From positions 9,725 through 73,724 of the forward strand of contig MEZH01000007.1 in the NCBI GenBank assembly GCA_001775995.1: a DNA stretch of 64,000 nt, read 5' to 3'. The notes under the pieces are model-generated. The model made no database searches, had not been told where the DNA came from, and saw nothing but the letters and a program-made list of their open reading frames with translations. This DNA is from Candidatus Bathyarchaeota archaeon RBG_16_48_13 (lineage in GTDB: Archaea; Thermoproteota; Bathyarchaeia; RBG-16-48-13). Below, in pieces: positions 36,237 to 46,172 of the stretch (position 1 is the stretch's first letter; the number at the start of each line of letters is the position of its first letter). A program made the position numbers and the translations under genes.

Positions 36237-36993
36237 AAACAACGAAACGCGGGATGCATCGAGCATCGTTCACAGGATCGAATTTCAGGACTTCATTCGG
36301 CTCCAGAGGTAGCACAATCCTTGAGACCATGCCATGGAGGCTGTACGGCAACCGTATGAGCCGCATCCCACCGGTCGTGACCCATTCATCGATGAGATAC
36401 CCTCGCTTCTTCAATTCCCTAGCCAACTCCTTCTTTCTCCTGTAGCTCCAACTCATCGTGCCTCGGTCCAGGACGTGGATGTGGAATCCGCGACCAGAAT
36501 ACACTATTCTCATTTCGTCGAAGCGGTTCTCGAGTTCACCATAGAGTTTGACCGTCTCTCTCTTGACCATGTTTAGCTCTATTTTGCAGAAGCCCAGGCC
36601 CTGATGCCTTTTCATTTTTTCCGATAAAGTTCCGTGAACCGGACAGGTGAGGTTTTCGGGGTCCAGATCGAAGGCTATCTCTTGGCCTAATATTTTGCCA
36701 TGTTCATCGTAGAAGTTTCGATCGTAGTAGACGGCTTCGGGCAGAAACCCAAGGATCTGTTTTTTAACGTCTCTCAGGTCTTGATATTCGTCTATGAGGA
36801 TAGTCGTAGAGGCATCTTCTCGATATTCTTCTGGAAATATCTTTGTGTGACGACCGATTATGACGGCAAAGATCGTCTTTCCATCGCGTTTTTCAAACCA
36901 ATTCCCGACTTTATCCAAATCGAATTCAGTTCTGTAGAATTCTTCCCTCTCTTTCAGAGTGGAGTAACGCATACCTTTTGGAAACTTGTACAT
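36223..36993 (-). CDS. Archaeo-eukaryotic primase (PriS-like) protein
   Basis: EIAFDLD (DxD), YSGRGFHIH, IDEWVT...RLIRLPYSLHG; CPVHG insert; probable ATG at 36993. Confidence 0.85.
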   Translation of the reverse strand: MYKFPKGMRYSTLKEREEFYRTEFDLDKVGNWFEKRDGKTIFAVIIGRHTKIFPEEYREDASTTILIDEYQDLRDVKKQILGFLPEAVYYDRNFYDEHGKILGQEIAFDLDPENLTCPVHGTLSEKMKRHQGLGFCKIELNMVKRETVKLYGELENRFDEMRIVYSGRGFHIHVLDRGTMSWSYRRKKELARELKKRGYLIDEWVTTGGMRLIRLPYSLHGMVSRIVLPLEPNEVLKFDPVNDARCIPRFVVSTSS

Positions 36994-37172
36994 GCTACAT
37001 GGCAGCCTCACAATGCAGCTAAGGTATTGTCCAAAGCAATATAAGAAAAAAGTGCCCCCCGAACCTGATTAAAGGAACGCAACCTACAATTCTCGAGGTT
37101 GCCGCCACAATGTTGTGGAGGTCTCGGGACAAATAGCGTTGAGAACAAAACAGATGGAAGGGACAAATCAGG

Positions 37173-37472
37173 TTAGGGCAGAATGCCTATGATAGTTCTT
37201 GTGTCTGTCTTTGAGACCCCGTGGACGTTTCTTATCTCGAAGATGATTTTGCTTAGTTCCTCCATGTCAACTGCGTTTATTATAGCTGTCATGTCTATGT
37301 CACCCGTCAACTCGTAGACCTTCTCAACCCCTGGAACCGAAGCCACTTTGGCCGCTAGATCCCGTGGACTCCCGGTTAGAACGCTTATGAAGACAAGGGC
37401 CGAAACGTCTATTTCCTTTTCCATGAGTTCTTCTTCAATCTCTTTTTCGTTGTTCACCATCGGAGTTCTCAC
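37173..37472 (-). CDS. Stand-alone Lrp/AsnC ligand-binding (RAM) domain protein
   Basis: VPGVEKVYELTGDIDM...IRNVHGVSKTDT; no HTH domain. Confidence 0.88.
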   Translation of the reverse strand: MRTPMVNNEKEIEEELMEKEIDVSALVFISVLTGSPRDLAAKVASVPGVEKVYELTGDIDMTAIINAVDMEELSKIIFEIRNVHGVSKTDTRTIIGILP

Positions 37473-37805
37473 CGAAGAGACTCTCTATGAAAATGATCTA
37501 ATATAGGTTCCCATTTGACCGACGCAATCAGAGCCTGACAAACAAACGATTTTTCCAGAATGAGTTTGACATATGTACTCTATCACCGAATACGACGCAT
37601 TTCATTTCAATGTGATTGAAGGGTTGCAGCGACGGTATGGCAGAAAATTGGAAAGGGAGATGACTGATACTAGATCGTCCTCTATCATTTTGTATGTACT
37701 CGAGGACTATCAACGGCTGGTCTTTCAGTTCAGAGATTGTCTTATATTTTGAAGATGCCAAGATACCGAAAAACGTGATCGCGTTGAATCGATGTGGTGA
37801 TGGTT

Positions 37806-38814
37806 ATGCCTAGAATGGGTTTGATGGTTGCCCCAGAAGCTGAGTTCAGCGTCTTGGCTAAAACCGCCAAGTCAGCCGAGGAGTGTGGATTTGATTCTCT
37901 ATGGATTGCGGACAGAGCCTATGAAAGGGACTTCAACGTTGCCATGACCGTAGCAGCATACGCTACTAGGAGGATCAAGATTGCAGTCGGCGTCACGAAC
38001 CCCTACACAAGGCATCCAGTCAAGACCGCTTGCGCGATAGCATCACTCAACGAACTTCTTAACGGAAGGGCCATGTTGGGTATAGGCGCTGGTAGCCGAG
38101 ATACTCTCAGATCATTTGGCGGAGATTGGATCAAGCCGGTCAAGGCTTGCGAGGAGGCAATTCAGCTAATAAGATCGGTCTTGGACGGCGAGATGGTTCA
38201 TCTTAAAAGGCGAATGCGTCACCGCGGACAGGGTTAGGATGCTCATCCCGAAGAGAAGCGAGATTTCGATAGTTGTGGGGTGTCGAAGGCCCAAGATGCT
38301 TCAAATGGCGGGGCGCGTAGCTGACGGCATCCTTCTGGACAATGTTCCGCTCAACTACATGAGGTATGCGATAGAGCAAGTGAAGAAGGGAGCTGCCTCT
38401 GTGGAGAGGAAGATTGATGATTTCGAATACGGAGACCTTGTGGTTTCAGCCGTCTCGGAGGACCGCGCAGAGGCCAGGAACCGGGTCAGAAGACACATAC
38501 CATATGACTTCATCACAATATCAGGCAGGGAACTCAGAACTGTTGGCCTGACTTTCAAGGACGTGGAACCCATACGTGCAGCCCTGAGAAGGCAACTGCC
38601 TGAAGACTTTGCAATAGCCCGAGCAGCGGTCACGGATAGATGGTGGACCAATTCTCCATTTCGGGTACGCCTGAGGACTGCATCAGGCAGATAAGGGCAA
38701 TGGAGAGCGCCGGAATGACCCTTGTCATATTGAGCATTCCGTCAAAACCGGAGGATGAACCTGAAAAAGATGATCAGGCTCTACGGAGAACAGGTTATCC
38801 CGGAATTCAAATAG
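37806..38814 (+). pseudogene. LLM-class (Mer-like) oxidoreductase interrupted by three single-base indels
   Basis: Segments 37794-38237, 38239-38694 and 38640-38843 align in order with paralogue 34983-35975. Indels: extra A in 38205-38208, missing base near 38637, extra A in 38764-38768. The repaired C-terminus is EPEKMIRLYGEQVIPEFK* (stop at 38814). Confidence 0.85.
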
Positions 38815-38862
38815 GAAATCTTTTCTTCTTTCAGCTGGATTAGTTGAGATAGGGATCGGTTT

Positions 38863-39765
38863 ATGTTCAAGTTCAAGGCGGAACAGAAGGTCTACACGAT
38901 AGGTGGCGTCAAGATAGGGGGACAAGCTGGAGTGAACCCTCCCGTCATATATGGCTCCATCTTCGGGGAAGGGCAAGAGAAACTCGTTGCGGACCATAAG
39001 AAAGGCGTCTTCGACAGGAAAAAAGCGGAGAGAATAATCAAGAGGCAGGAGGAGCTGTCCGACAGAACCGGATGCCCCGACGCCCTAGATGTTGTGGTAA
39101 TCTACGCTGGAGCTGTTCCATCGTACCTGGATTTCCTCGAGAAGGTGACCGACGCCCCGCTTAATGTCGGATCCATGACTTCCGAGATAAGAATGGCTGT
39201 CGCCAGATATGTGTCTGAGGTGGGCCTAATCAACCGAGTCACCTGCGGACCAATATCCTTGGAAACAAAGAAGGAAGAGTTGGAGGTTTTCAAGGAGGAA
39301 AGAATTCCATTCGTAGAGTTGAGCCTCTTCAACAAGGCGGATCCAACATCCCATGGCAGGGTTAAGATGTGGCGGAAGCTTTGGGAAAGGATCAAGGACT
39401 TGCCTTTCAAAGGATATCTCCTGGACACCGCTGTCCTTGACATGCCCAGCATTGCCCAGTCCTCCCTTTCGGTCCTCGAGGTCAAGGATAAACTCGGCTA
39501 CCCAGTTGGATGCGCCCCTGACAACGGAATAGCCATCTGGAAGAGCATGACAGAGAAGAAGGGGACGAACGAATACATGAATGCCGCCAGCCTCGCTGCC
39601 GTAATTCCAATACTCTACGGGGCAGACTGGATCGTGTACAACATAGACCATTTGGAGTGGGTATTCCCAGCTTGTGCCTTGGCCAGCGGCATTTTCGCTT
39701 ACGGCGCGAGGGAACTGGGAGCCAAACCCAGCCCAGAACACGCGCTATACAGAATTTTCAAGTGA
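38863..39765 (+). CDS. mtrH: MtrH-family pterin methyltransferase (stand-alone)
   Basis: MFKFKAEQKV..IGGVKIGGQ.G..P, KGVFDR, QEELSD.TG, DTAV, GCAPDN. Confidence 0.88.
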   Translation: MFKFKAEQKVYTIGGVKIGGQAGVNPPVIYGSIFGEGQEKLVADHKKGVFDRKKAERIIKRQEELSDRTGCPDALDVVVIYAGAVPSYLDFLEKVTDAPLNVGSMTSEIRMAVARYVSEVGLINRVTCGPISLETKKEELEVFKEERIPFVELSLFNKADPTSHGRVKMWRKLWERIKDLPFKGYLLDTAVLDMPSIAQSSLSVLEVKDKLGYPVGCAPDNGIAIWKSMTEKKGTNEYMNAASLAAVIPILYGADWIVYNIDHLEWVFPACALASGIFAYGARELGAKPSPEHALYRIFK

Positions 39766-39768
39766 ATT

Positions 39769-40917
39769 CTATTTTCTCTTTCTTGGAAGGGCGCTCAAGA
39801 GTCCCAAGGCATCATAGACAACCAGCGACAGGAAGCTCAGGTTCCAAGAGCTGGTTGCGTCGTAGATCAATCCAAAGATGGGCGAGCTAGCCATAATCCC
39901 GATGTTGACCATCATCATTGAGATGGCCAACCCTACACTCGTGGCCTCAGGACCCGCGATCTCCGCTACCTCCGCCATCGCAGCGGGCGGAACAAGGTTG
40001 TTGAAGAAGCCGATGATGAGCATGAAGATAAGGAACAGAGAAAGGGGGACATAGGGAACTAAAGGGTAGAGGACAGCCAGCGCCAGCAACGGTAGGGCAT
40101 AGACTATCTTCCTTGGCCGCACGCGATCTGCCAGCCAGCCGCCGAGGGGGCTGATGGGGATAGCCATAAACATCGTCAAGCTGACAAGAAAACTGCCCAC
40201 AGGTACGAGGACGCCTCTGGCAACGTTGAGATAGGTTGGACCCCAGTTCAGAATGCAGTTGCCCGGAGAACCAACCCCCATGTTGGCCATGGGCAAGAGC
40301 CACAGGAAGGGATTGGACAAAGCCCTCTTCATCGAGAACCCAGGTCTATGAACTACTTTCCTATCGCTTGATAGAGCCAGGAACACCAGCGAGATGATTG
40401 CGAAGACCGAACTGAGCCACCAAACGATTCTCCAGCCGTAGCTCAGAGGAATAAGGGAGGAGAGGTTCATGCTGATCACGCTGCCTGCGGGATAGCAGGC
40501 CATGTATAGGCCCAACGCCAGACCCCTCTTCGCGGAGGGAGCAGAAAGAGAGATGATGGTGATAGCCGTCACGAGGGCAAAAGAAACGCCGACTCCTTCC
40601 ACAGCTCTCCCGAAGAAGAGCAGATATGCATTTGGCGATAAGGCCTGCACAGCCGCTCCGATTATCATCAAAGCGATAGCTGCAATCCCCATTCTCTTAG
40701 TTCCATATCGGGATATCAATATCCCAGCTGGTATGGCGGTGACCACCACCGAGGCTCCCACCAAACCCATGAATAGACCCGCCAACGTGTACGAAAGGTC
40801 GAAATCAGCTATGAGCGCTTGAAGGTGAGAGGGAACCTTGAAAACCGCCAGAGCCGCTGAGAATGACATTATGAAGGAGACGAACATTGAGAGAAGAACG
40901 TCTTGGCGTTTTTCCAT
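39769..40917 (-). CDS. MFS transporter
   Basis: About 12 TM segments; GILISRYGTKR and GWLADRVRPRK loops. Confidence 0.9.
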   Translation of the reverse strand: MEKRQDVLLSMFVSFIMSFSAALAVFKVPSHLQALIADFDLSYTLAGLFMGLVGASVVVTAIPAGILISRYGTKRMGIAAIALMIIGAAVQALSPNAYLLFFGRAVEGVGVSFALVTAITIISLSAPSAKRGLALGLYMACYPAGSVISMNLSSLIPLSYGWRIVWWLSSVFAIISLVFLALSSDRKVVHRPGFSMKRALSNPFLWLLPMANMGVGSPGNCILNWGPTYLNVARGVLVPVGSFLVSLTMFMAIPISPLGGWLADRVRPRKIVYALPLLALAVLYPLVPYVPLSLFLIFMLIIGFFNNLVPPAAMAEVAEIAGPEATSVGLAISMMMVNIGIMASSPIFGLIYDATSSWNLSFLSLVVYDALGLLSALPRKRK

Positions 40918-41051
40918 AATCTACAGCCTTTAGGGTGAATGAGACAAAAGCCTAAAGAGTGATTTATAAAAGTATTCAGGGCACAAAGCTTCATTTATAT
41001 ACGAGCCACAATAGACGTTGAAACATTAGGAGCCATTCAAGAAGGGAAGGT

Positions 41052-41732
41052 GTGTATCGGATGGTGTCGAAAGAAGAAAAGATCCTTATGGAATACAAGA
41101 AGCTATACGTCCCGGCCATTTCAGACGCGATGGACAGGTTGGGACTGCGACAGGGGTTTATGTCCCAAGAAATAAGACCAATTTGCCCACTCAACTCCGT
41201 TGCGACCAAGATCGTGGGATACGCTTGCACCATAAAAGTAGCCGAATCACGGGAAGCAAAAGACTCCGACCTTCTGGAGGAGTTCAAGGCCTTCGAGAGC
41301 ATCAAGAAGAATTCCGCGGTGGTCCTTGACGGAGGAGGGACCTGGGTCTCATCGCTGTGGGGTCAGCTCCTTTCCACCGAAGCCACCAGAAGGGGAGCAG
41401 CTGGAGCGGTGGTGGATGGGCCTGTCAGAGACACCCAGACCGTCACGCAGATCGGATTCCCGGTCTTTGCGAGGGGCTTTGTTCCATCTAGTTCCAGAAA
41501 CAGAATGAAGTTCGTCGGATGCGATATCACGGTGACCTGCGGTGGCGTGCGAGTCAGCCCCGGCGACCTGGTGATGGCCGACATCGATGGTGTTGTCGTT
41601 GTTCCCAAAGCTAGAATAGAGGCGGTCCTTGATGAGGCGAAGAAGGTGGCAGAAGATGACGTATGGGTTCTGGGACAGATAAAGTCGGGCAGGACTTTGG
41701 CGGAGATCGAACGGGAGAAACCCGTTCCGTGA
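41052..41732 (+). CDS. RraA / HMG-CHA aldolase family protein
   Basis: ISDAMD, WGQLLS, GAVVDGPVRD, PGDLVMADIDGVVVVP. Confidence 0.92.
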   Translation: MYRMVSKEEKILMEYKKLYVPAISDAMDRLGLRQGFMSQEIRPICPLNSVATKIVGYACTIKVAESREAKDSDLLEEFKAFESIKKNSAVVLDGGGTWVSSLWGQLLSTEATRRGAAGAVVDGPVRDTQTVTQIGFPVFARGFVPSSSRNRMKFVGCDITVTCGGVRVSPGDLVMADIDGVVVVPKARIEAVLDEAKKVAEDDVWVLGQIKSGRTLAEIEREKPVP

Positions 41733-41775
41733 TATCTCTTTTTGCCTATTGAAAAAGGTCGGCGGATGCACCCAT

Positions 41776-42942
41776 TCATCTGGGCGTGAGCGGAGAGATC
41801 GCCCTGAGCTTTGTCACTATCTTCGGCAGAACCTCTATCGCGTAGTCAACGTCCTCCCTTGCGTTGTACTTGCTCATCGTGAAGCTGAGGGAGCCATGAG
41901 CCTCTTCATGTTTGAGACCGATCGCCAGCAGAACGGGAGAGGGTTCCAAGGTCTTCGAAGTGCATGCCGAGCCCGACGATACTGCAATACCTTCCATGTC
42001 TAGGCTAAGGAGGAGCGATTCACCCTCGACGTAGCTGAACCGGAGGTTTGCGTTGCTCGGAAGCCTTTGCGTCGGGTGACCGTTGAGGTAGGTATCGGGG
42101 ATTCCGAGGAGGCCGTTCATCAACCGATCTCTAAGCGCGGTCATTTTTGAACCTTCTTCGACCATCTCGACCTTGGCAAGCTCTGCCGCCTTCCCCAATC
42201 CAACTATTCCGGGTATGTCCTCAGTCCCTGACCTCAGACCACGTTCCTGACCACCGCCGATGACCTGAGGTGACAGCTTAGTTCCCTCCTTGACGTAAAG
42301 GGCACCGACGCCTTTCGGTCCGTACATGTCATTGGATGAGATTGTGACAAGGTCGACGTTGTCCTTCTGAACATCGATGGGTATCTTGCCAGCCGCCGCG
42401 ACAGCATCTACGTGGAGATAAATGTTTTTCCTCCTGGTGAGTTCACCCATCTCTCTTATTGGCTCAATTGTCCCTATCTCGCCGTTGGCATAATTCATCG
42501 ACACGAGTATTGTTTCATCAGTGATCTCCTTCTTGAGAACCTCTGGGTCCACCACGCCGCACTTGTCCACTGGGAGATAGGTTATCATGAAACCTTGCTT
42601 CTCGAGATGTTTACACAGGTTTCTGATCGAGATGTGCTCTATCTTGGTGGTGATTATATGTCTCCCGCGATCCTTGTTTCGGTATGCCACGCCTAGCAAT
42701 GCCAGGTTGTTACCCTCGGTTGCCCCTGAGTTGAAGATTATCTCTTCCTTCTTGTTGGCATTGACCAGCTCGGCAACTTTCATCCTTGCATTCTCCAGAG
42801 CCTTCCGCGGCGCCTCTCCTAGGAAGTGGATGGAGGACGGATTTCCAAAGAATTCGGTAAAATATGGGAGCATGACTTCGACGATTCTCTGGTCTGCGGG
42901 ATAACCCGCCTGGTAGTCGAAGCAAATCCTTTTCATAGCCAT
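41776..42942 (-). CDS. iscS: Cysteine desulfurase (NifS/IscS group I)
   Basis: FGNPSS, SGATEGNN, ANGEIG, HVDAV, SSNDMYGPKG, RSGT, SSGSACTS (catalytic Cys). The usual HK of the PLP motif reads ND, so PLP-Lys placement is uncertain. Confidence 0.88.
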   Translation of the reverse strand: MAMKRICFDYQAGYPADQRIVEVMLPYFTEFFGNPSSIHFLGEAPRKALENARMKVAELVNANKKEEIIFNSGATEGNNLALLGVAYRNKDRGRHIITTKIEHISIRNLCKHLEKQGFMITYLPVDKCGVVDPEVLKKEITDETILVSMNYANGEIGTIEPIREMGELTRRKNIYLHVDAVAAAGKIPIDVQKDNVDLVTISSNDMYGPKGVGALYVKEGTKLSPQVIGGGQERGLRSGTEDIPGIVGLGKAAELAKVEMVEEGSKMTALRDRLMNGLLGIPDTYLNGHPTQRLPSNANLRFSYVEGESLLLSLDMEGIAVSSGSACTSKTLEPSPVLLAIGLKHEEAHGSLSFTMSKYNAREDVDYAIEVLPKIVTKLRAISPLTPR

Positions 42943-42955
42943 CCTTGAACCCCCT

Positions 42956-43198
42956 TCACTTGACCTTTCTTATCAAGAACCTGATAACTTGGCCTTCCTT
43001 CTCCATTTTCAACATTTCTTGCCCTGTGATCTTCACTAAATATTGTATATCCGACTCCGCAGCGGGATCGTCTGCCACGAGCTCCAGGACCTCGCCAGCT
43101 TCCATCTTGTCGAGAGCCTCTCTGGTCTTGAGGACTGGGACAGGACAATACAAGCTTATGCAGTCGAGAAAACGGTTCTTCATGACTCTCTTTGTCAT
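42956..43198 (-). CDS. tusA: TusA-family sulfurtransferase
   Basis: LDC.SLYCPVP, GEVLELVADDP...DI. Confidence 0.92.
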   Translation of the reverse strand: MTKRVMKNRFLDCISLYCPVPVLKTREALDKMEAGEVLELVADDPAAESDIQYLVKITGQEMLKMEKEGQVIRFLIRKVK

Positions 43199-43380
43199 AT
43201 AAACAGACCCCGAAGACATTCGAAGATTGGAGGACTAAGCCTCTTCGAAGTATTTTTCACACGAACCCGTATAAACGCTTCTATCCGAGCGGCTTATCAA
43301 GAGTTGACGGGTCCAGACCAATGCTTTTAATTTTTCATGTATAAAACGACATCATTTCTCATCAAAATAATCAAAAAAAC

Positions 43381-43387
43381 TTAAATA
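43381..43387 (+). promoter_or_regulatory. Candidate TATA box (TTAAATA) for the glnA operon
   Basis: Preceded by an A-rich BRE-like run; GGTGA RBS at 43424-43428; ATG at 43435. Confidence 0.5.
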
Positions 43388-43434
43388 TCCAGAGACCTAA
43401 CGGTCTGCAGTATTGAGGCTCTGGGTGAATTGAA

Positions 43435-44727
43435 ATGTCCGGCCAACCTGGTTTGATTGAACTTCAATTCATAGATATGACGGGTCAGTTGAGGTCTATA
43501 GACATAGACACGGAACGCTTCAAGAATGCAATAAGATTGGGGAAGATCGTTGACGGCTCCTCAATAAACATGAAACCGCTAGAAAAGAGTGACCTTCTCC
43601 TGAAACCCATTATGGAAACGTACTTCCAGCTCCCATGGAATTCAGACGTAGCCAGAGTGCTCTGCGATATGTACGAACCCGCACAAAAGGTTGAGGACTT
43701 CGGAAAAGAAAAAGAGTTTGAGATTAGTCCCCGCTATGCCTTGAAGAAAATGATCAAGAGGATAGAGGCGGAGGGCTACAGTTTCCATACCAGCTGTGAG
43801 ATGGAGTTTTTTGCGATAACAGAGAATAGGCCTTACGACCGGGCTGGCTACATGGCGCCCCCACCCATGGACAAGATCGCTCCCCTAAGAAGGGAGATCG
43901 TGAAAACGCTCTCCAAAGTGAACATTCAGGGCGAATACACCCACCACGAAGTGTCCACAGGACAATACGAGATCTGCTTCCGCCACAACGAGGCTTTGAG
44001 AACCGCGGACAACGTGATGACATTCAAATATATCGCAAAGAATTTGGCGTCCATGCAGAACTTGACCCTGAGCCTGATGCCCAAACCTTACACAGGCATC
44101 AATGGAAGCGGGATGCATATCCACATGAGCCTTTTCGACTCGGAGGGGACGGAGAACCTCTTCTTCGGAGGGGGAGAGCTCCTTTCAAAGTTGGCTACCC
44201 ACTTCATGGGGGGGATACTCAAGCATGCGAGAGCGATTTCAGCGCTTGCCGCCTCAACGGTCAACTCATACAAGAGACTACTCGCAGGCTACGAAGCACC
44301 GGTCTATGTCTGCTGGGGCTACATGAATCGCTCGGCTCTAATAAGAATCCCGAGTTTCAACTCCCCACAACTCGCGCGGTTAGAGCTAAGGATGCCGGAC
44401 CCATGCTGCAACCCATATCTAGTCTTTGCTGCAATCCTTGCGGCAGGCCTTTGGGGAATATCTGAGAAGGTGGACCCAGGAGCACCATGGGACAAGAACG
44501 CATACTTCCACCACGAAGGCCTTGATGTCATACCAGCAACTCTTAAGGAAGCCCTGGACGAGCTCGAGAAGGACAAGCTCATCAGAGAAGCTCTTGGTTC
44601 AAGCCTTATGGATCACTACCTCAAAATCAAAAGAAGGGAATGGAGTGAGTATCAGAAACTCTATCCTGAGTGGAACCCCAACGAGATCACGGAGTGGGAG
44701 CGCAACAAGTACCTGGAGTTCTTTTAA
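43435..44727 (+). CDS. glnA: Glutamine synthetase type I
   Basis: DGSS, EMEFF, HHEV..GQYEI, MPKP..GINGSGMHIH, GYEAP, NRSALIRIP, RLELR.PDPCCNPYL. Confidence 0.92.
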   Translation: MSGQPGLIELQFIDMTGQLRSIDIDTERFKNAIRLGKIVDGSSINMKPLEKSDLLLKPIMETYFQLPWNSDVARVLCDMYEPAQKVEDFGKEKEFEISPRYALKKMIKRIEAEGYSFHTSCEMEFFAITENRPYDRAGYMAPPPMDKIAPLRREIVKTLSKVNIQGEYTHHEVSTGQYEICFRHNEALRTADNVMTFKYIAKNLASMQNLTLSLMPKPYTGINGSGMHIHMSLFDSEGTENLFFGGGELLSKLATHFMGGILKHARAISALAASTVNSYKRLLAGYEAPVYVCWGYMNRSALIRIPSFNSPQLARLELRMPDPCCNPYLVFAAILAAGLWGISEKVDPGAPWDKNAYFHHEGLDVIPATLKEALDELEKDKLIREALGSSLMDHYLKIKRREWSEYQKLYPEWNPNEITEWERNKYLEFF

Positions 44728-44768
44728 AACCCTAAAAGCCACCTTTCGATAATCCCTAGTGGTCATCT

Positions 44769-45107
44769 TTGAAAGTGAAGATCCAATTCATCTCACCTCT
44801 CCAGAGCATGGTCGGCAAATCAGAGGAGATGGTAGCCCTACCCGGAGGAGCCACGGCGATCGAAGCGATAAGGGCTGCGACAATAGGTGAAAAGACCGCC
44901 TACGAGAGTATTTTCAACAATGACGGAACCTTGAAGCAGTATTTGGTGGTCATGAGGAACAGCCTGAACATAACGATGAGGGTTCAGGACGAGCCCCTGA
45001 AGGACGGCGACCTTCTCCAGCTCCTCCCGACAGCAAGCGGTGGCGGGCCAAAAGGAGTCGCTGAGCACAAAGTTATAAGGAAGGCTCACGGACTCTTGGG
45101 ACAATAG
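44769..45107 (+). CDS. MoaD/ThiS/SAMP-type ubiquitin-like protein with a C-terminal extension after GG
   Basis: Beta-grasp pattern VKIQF...LVVMRN...LKDGDLLQLLPTASGG, then GPKGVAEHKVIRKAHGLLGQ. Confidence 0.88.
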   Translation: MKVKIQFISPLQSMVGKSEEMVALPGGATAIEAIRAATIGEKTAYESIFNNDGTLKQYLVVMRNSLNITMRVQDEPLKDGDLLQLLPTASGGGPKGVAEHKVIRKAHGLLGQ

Positions 45108-45161
45108 AGTTAGTCGCCTAGGCATCTGTCACTTCGAGGACTATCCGAGAGGACAGCCGGA

Positions 45162-46052
45162 ATGCGTTATTCGAGGAACAGCTACTTATTCCTATTGAAT
45201 ACGATCATATTCTTCAGCACATACGAGGTCGTGAATAGGGCCATCGCTCAGGAAATTGACCTGATACAGGTAAATTTCTTGCGCTTCTTGATCGGCGGTC
45301 TCTTTCTTCTTCCATTCGCAGTCCTGTCGATGAGAGGCAGAAGACCGGACGTCAGATCGGTTCTCGCTGCGGTGCCAGTGGGTGTACTCAACGTGTGCAT
45401 AAGCATGACTTTTCTCCAATTGAGCATAATCTATTCCGGAGCAGCCATCGCCGCAGTGGTATTCTCCTGCAATCCAATCTTCGTGGCTACCTTTTCACAA
45501 GTGATCCTGGGGGAGAAGATGAGCAGAAACAAGACAGCTGGACTCGTCTTCGGAATCGCGGGAGTCACGGTGACTTTTCTCGATGGCCTCCTCTCTGGGA
45601 ACATAATCTCCATGGGGGTGCTGTTCGCCATCTTGTCAGCTATAATCTTCGGTCTCTACACGGTCCTCGGAAAGAGGGTGAGCGAGCCATTGGGAAGCAC
45701 AATGATGAACTCAGTCTCTTTCATATCCGGAAGCCTAATCCTGATGCCGATACTCTACTTGACCAATAAGCCGATCTTCAACTTCAGCCAATCAGCCTTG
45801 GTTCCTCTGATCTACCTTTCGATATGCGTGACAGGGATTGCTTATCTCACGTACTTTGCGGCTCTCAGGGAGATGCCTGCGAACGTGGGATCCTCGGTCT
45901 TCTTCGTCAAGCCAATAGCAGCATCCCTGTTGGCTGTGGTCTTTCTCGGCGAGATGGTGACACCCTTCCTCCTTCTGGGGGGCTTATTGGTTTTGGCAGG
46001 AATATACCTCACGTTGTTCTTCGAACGCGGAAGAAGAACGGCCAAGAGTTGA
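45162..46052 (+). CDS. EamA/DMT family transporter
   Basis: Ten TM segments in two EamA repeats; NPIFV...LGE, YTVLGK, KPI...LGE. Confidence 0.92.
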   Translation: MRYSRNSYLFLLNTIIFFSTYEVVNRAIAQEIDLIQVNFLRFLIGGLFLLPFAVLSMRGRRPDVRSVLAAVPVGVLNVCISMTFLQLSIIYSGAAIAAVVFSCNPIFVATFSQVILGEKMSRNKTAGLVFGIAGVTVTFLDGLLSGNIISMGVLFAILSAIIFGLYTVLGKRVSEPLGSTMMNSVSFISGSLILMPILYLTNKPIFNFSQSALVPLIYLSICVTGIAYLTYFAALREMPANVGSSVFFVKPIAASLLAVVFLGEMVTPFLLLGGLLVLAGIYLTLFFERGRRTAKS

Positions 46053-46172
46053 GCGACCCCGATTTCAGGGCAAAGGGAAAAAGATCGCAATCCGTATTGA
46101 GCACCCAATTTTAGAGGATCATAAGTTATAAGGTGGTAGTTCTAGGAATTGTATCAATTCGGAGGGAAGTCG

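Noticed and set aside
37573-37752. 59-codon plus-strand ORF (MYSITEYDAF...)
   Set aside because: No RBS or motif; an equally weak ORF exists on the opposite strand.
43435-44727. GS paralogue such as gamma-glutamylmethylamide synthetase
   Set aside because: The ammonium-site Asp (DGSS) and flap Glu (GYEAP) are retained, so canonical GS is the simpler call.
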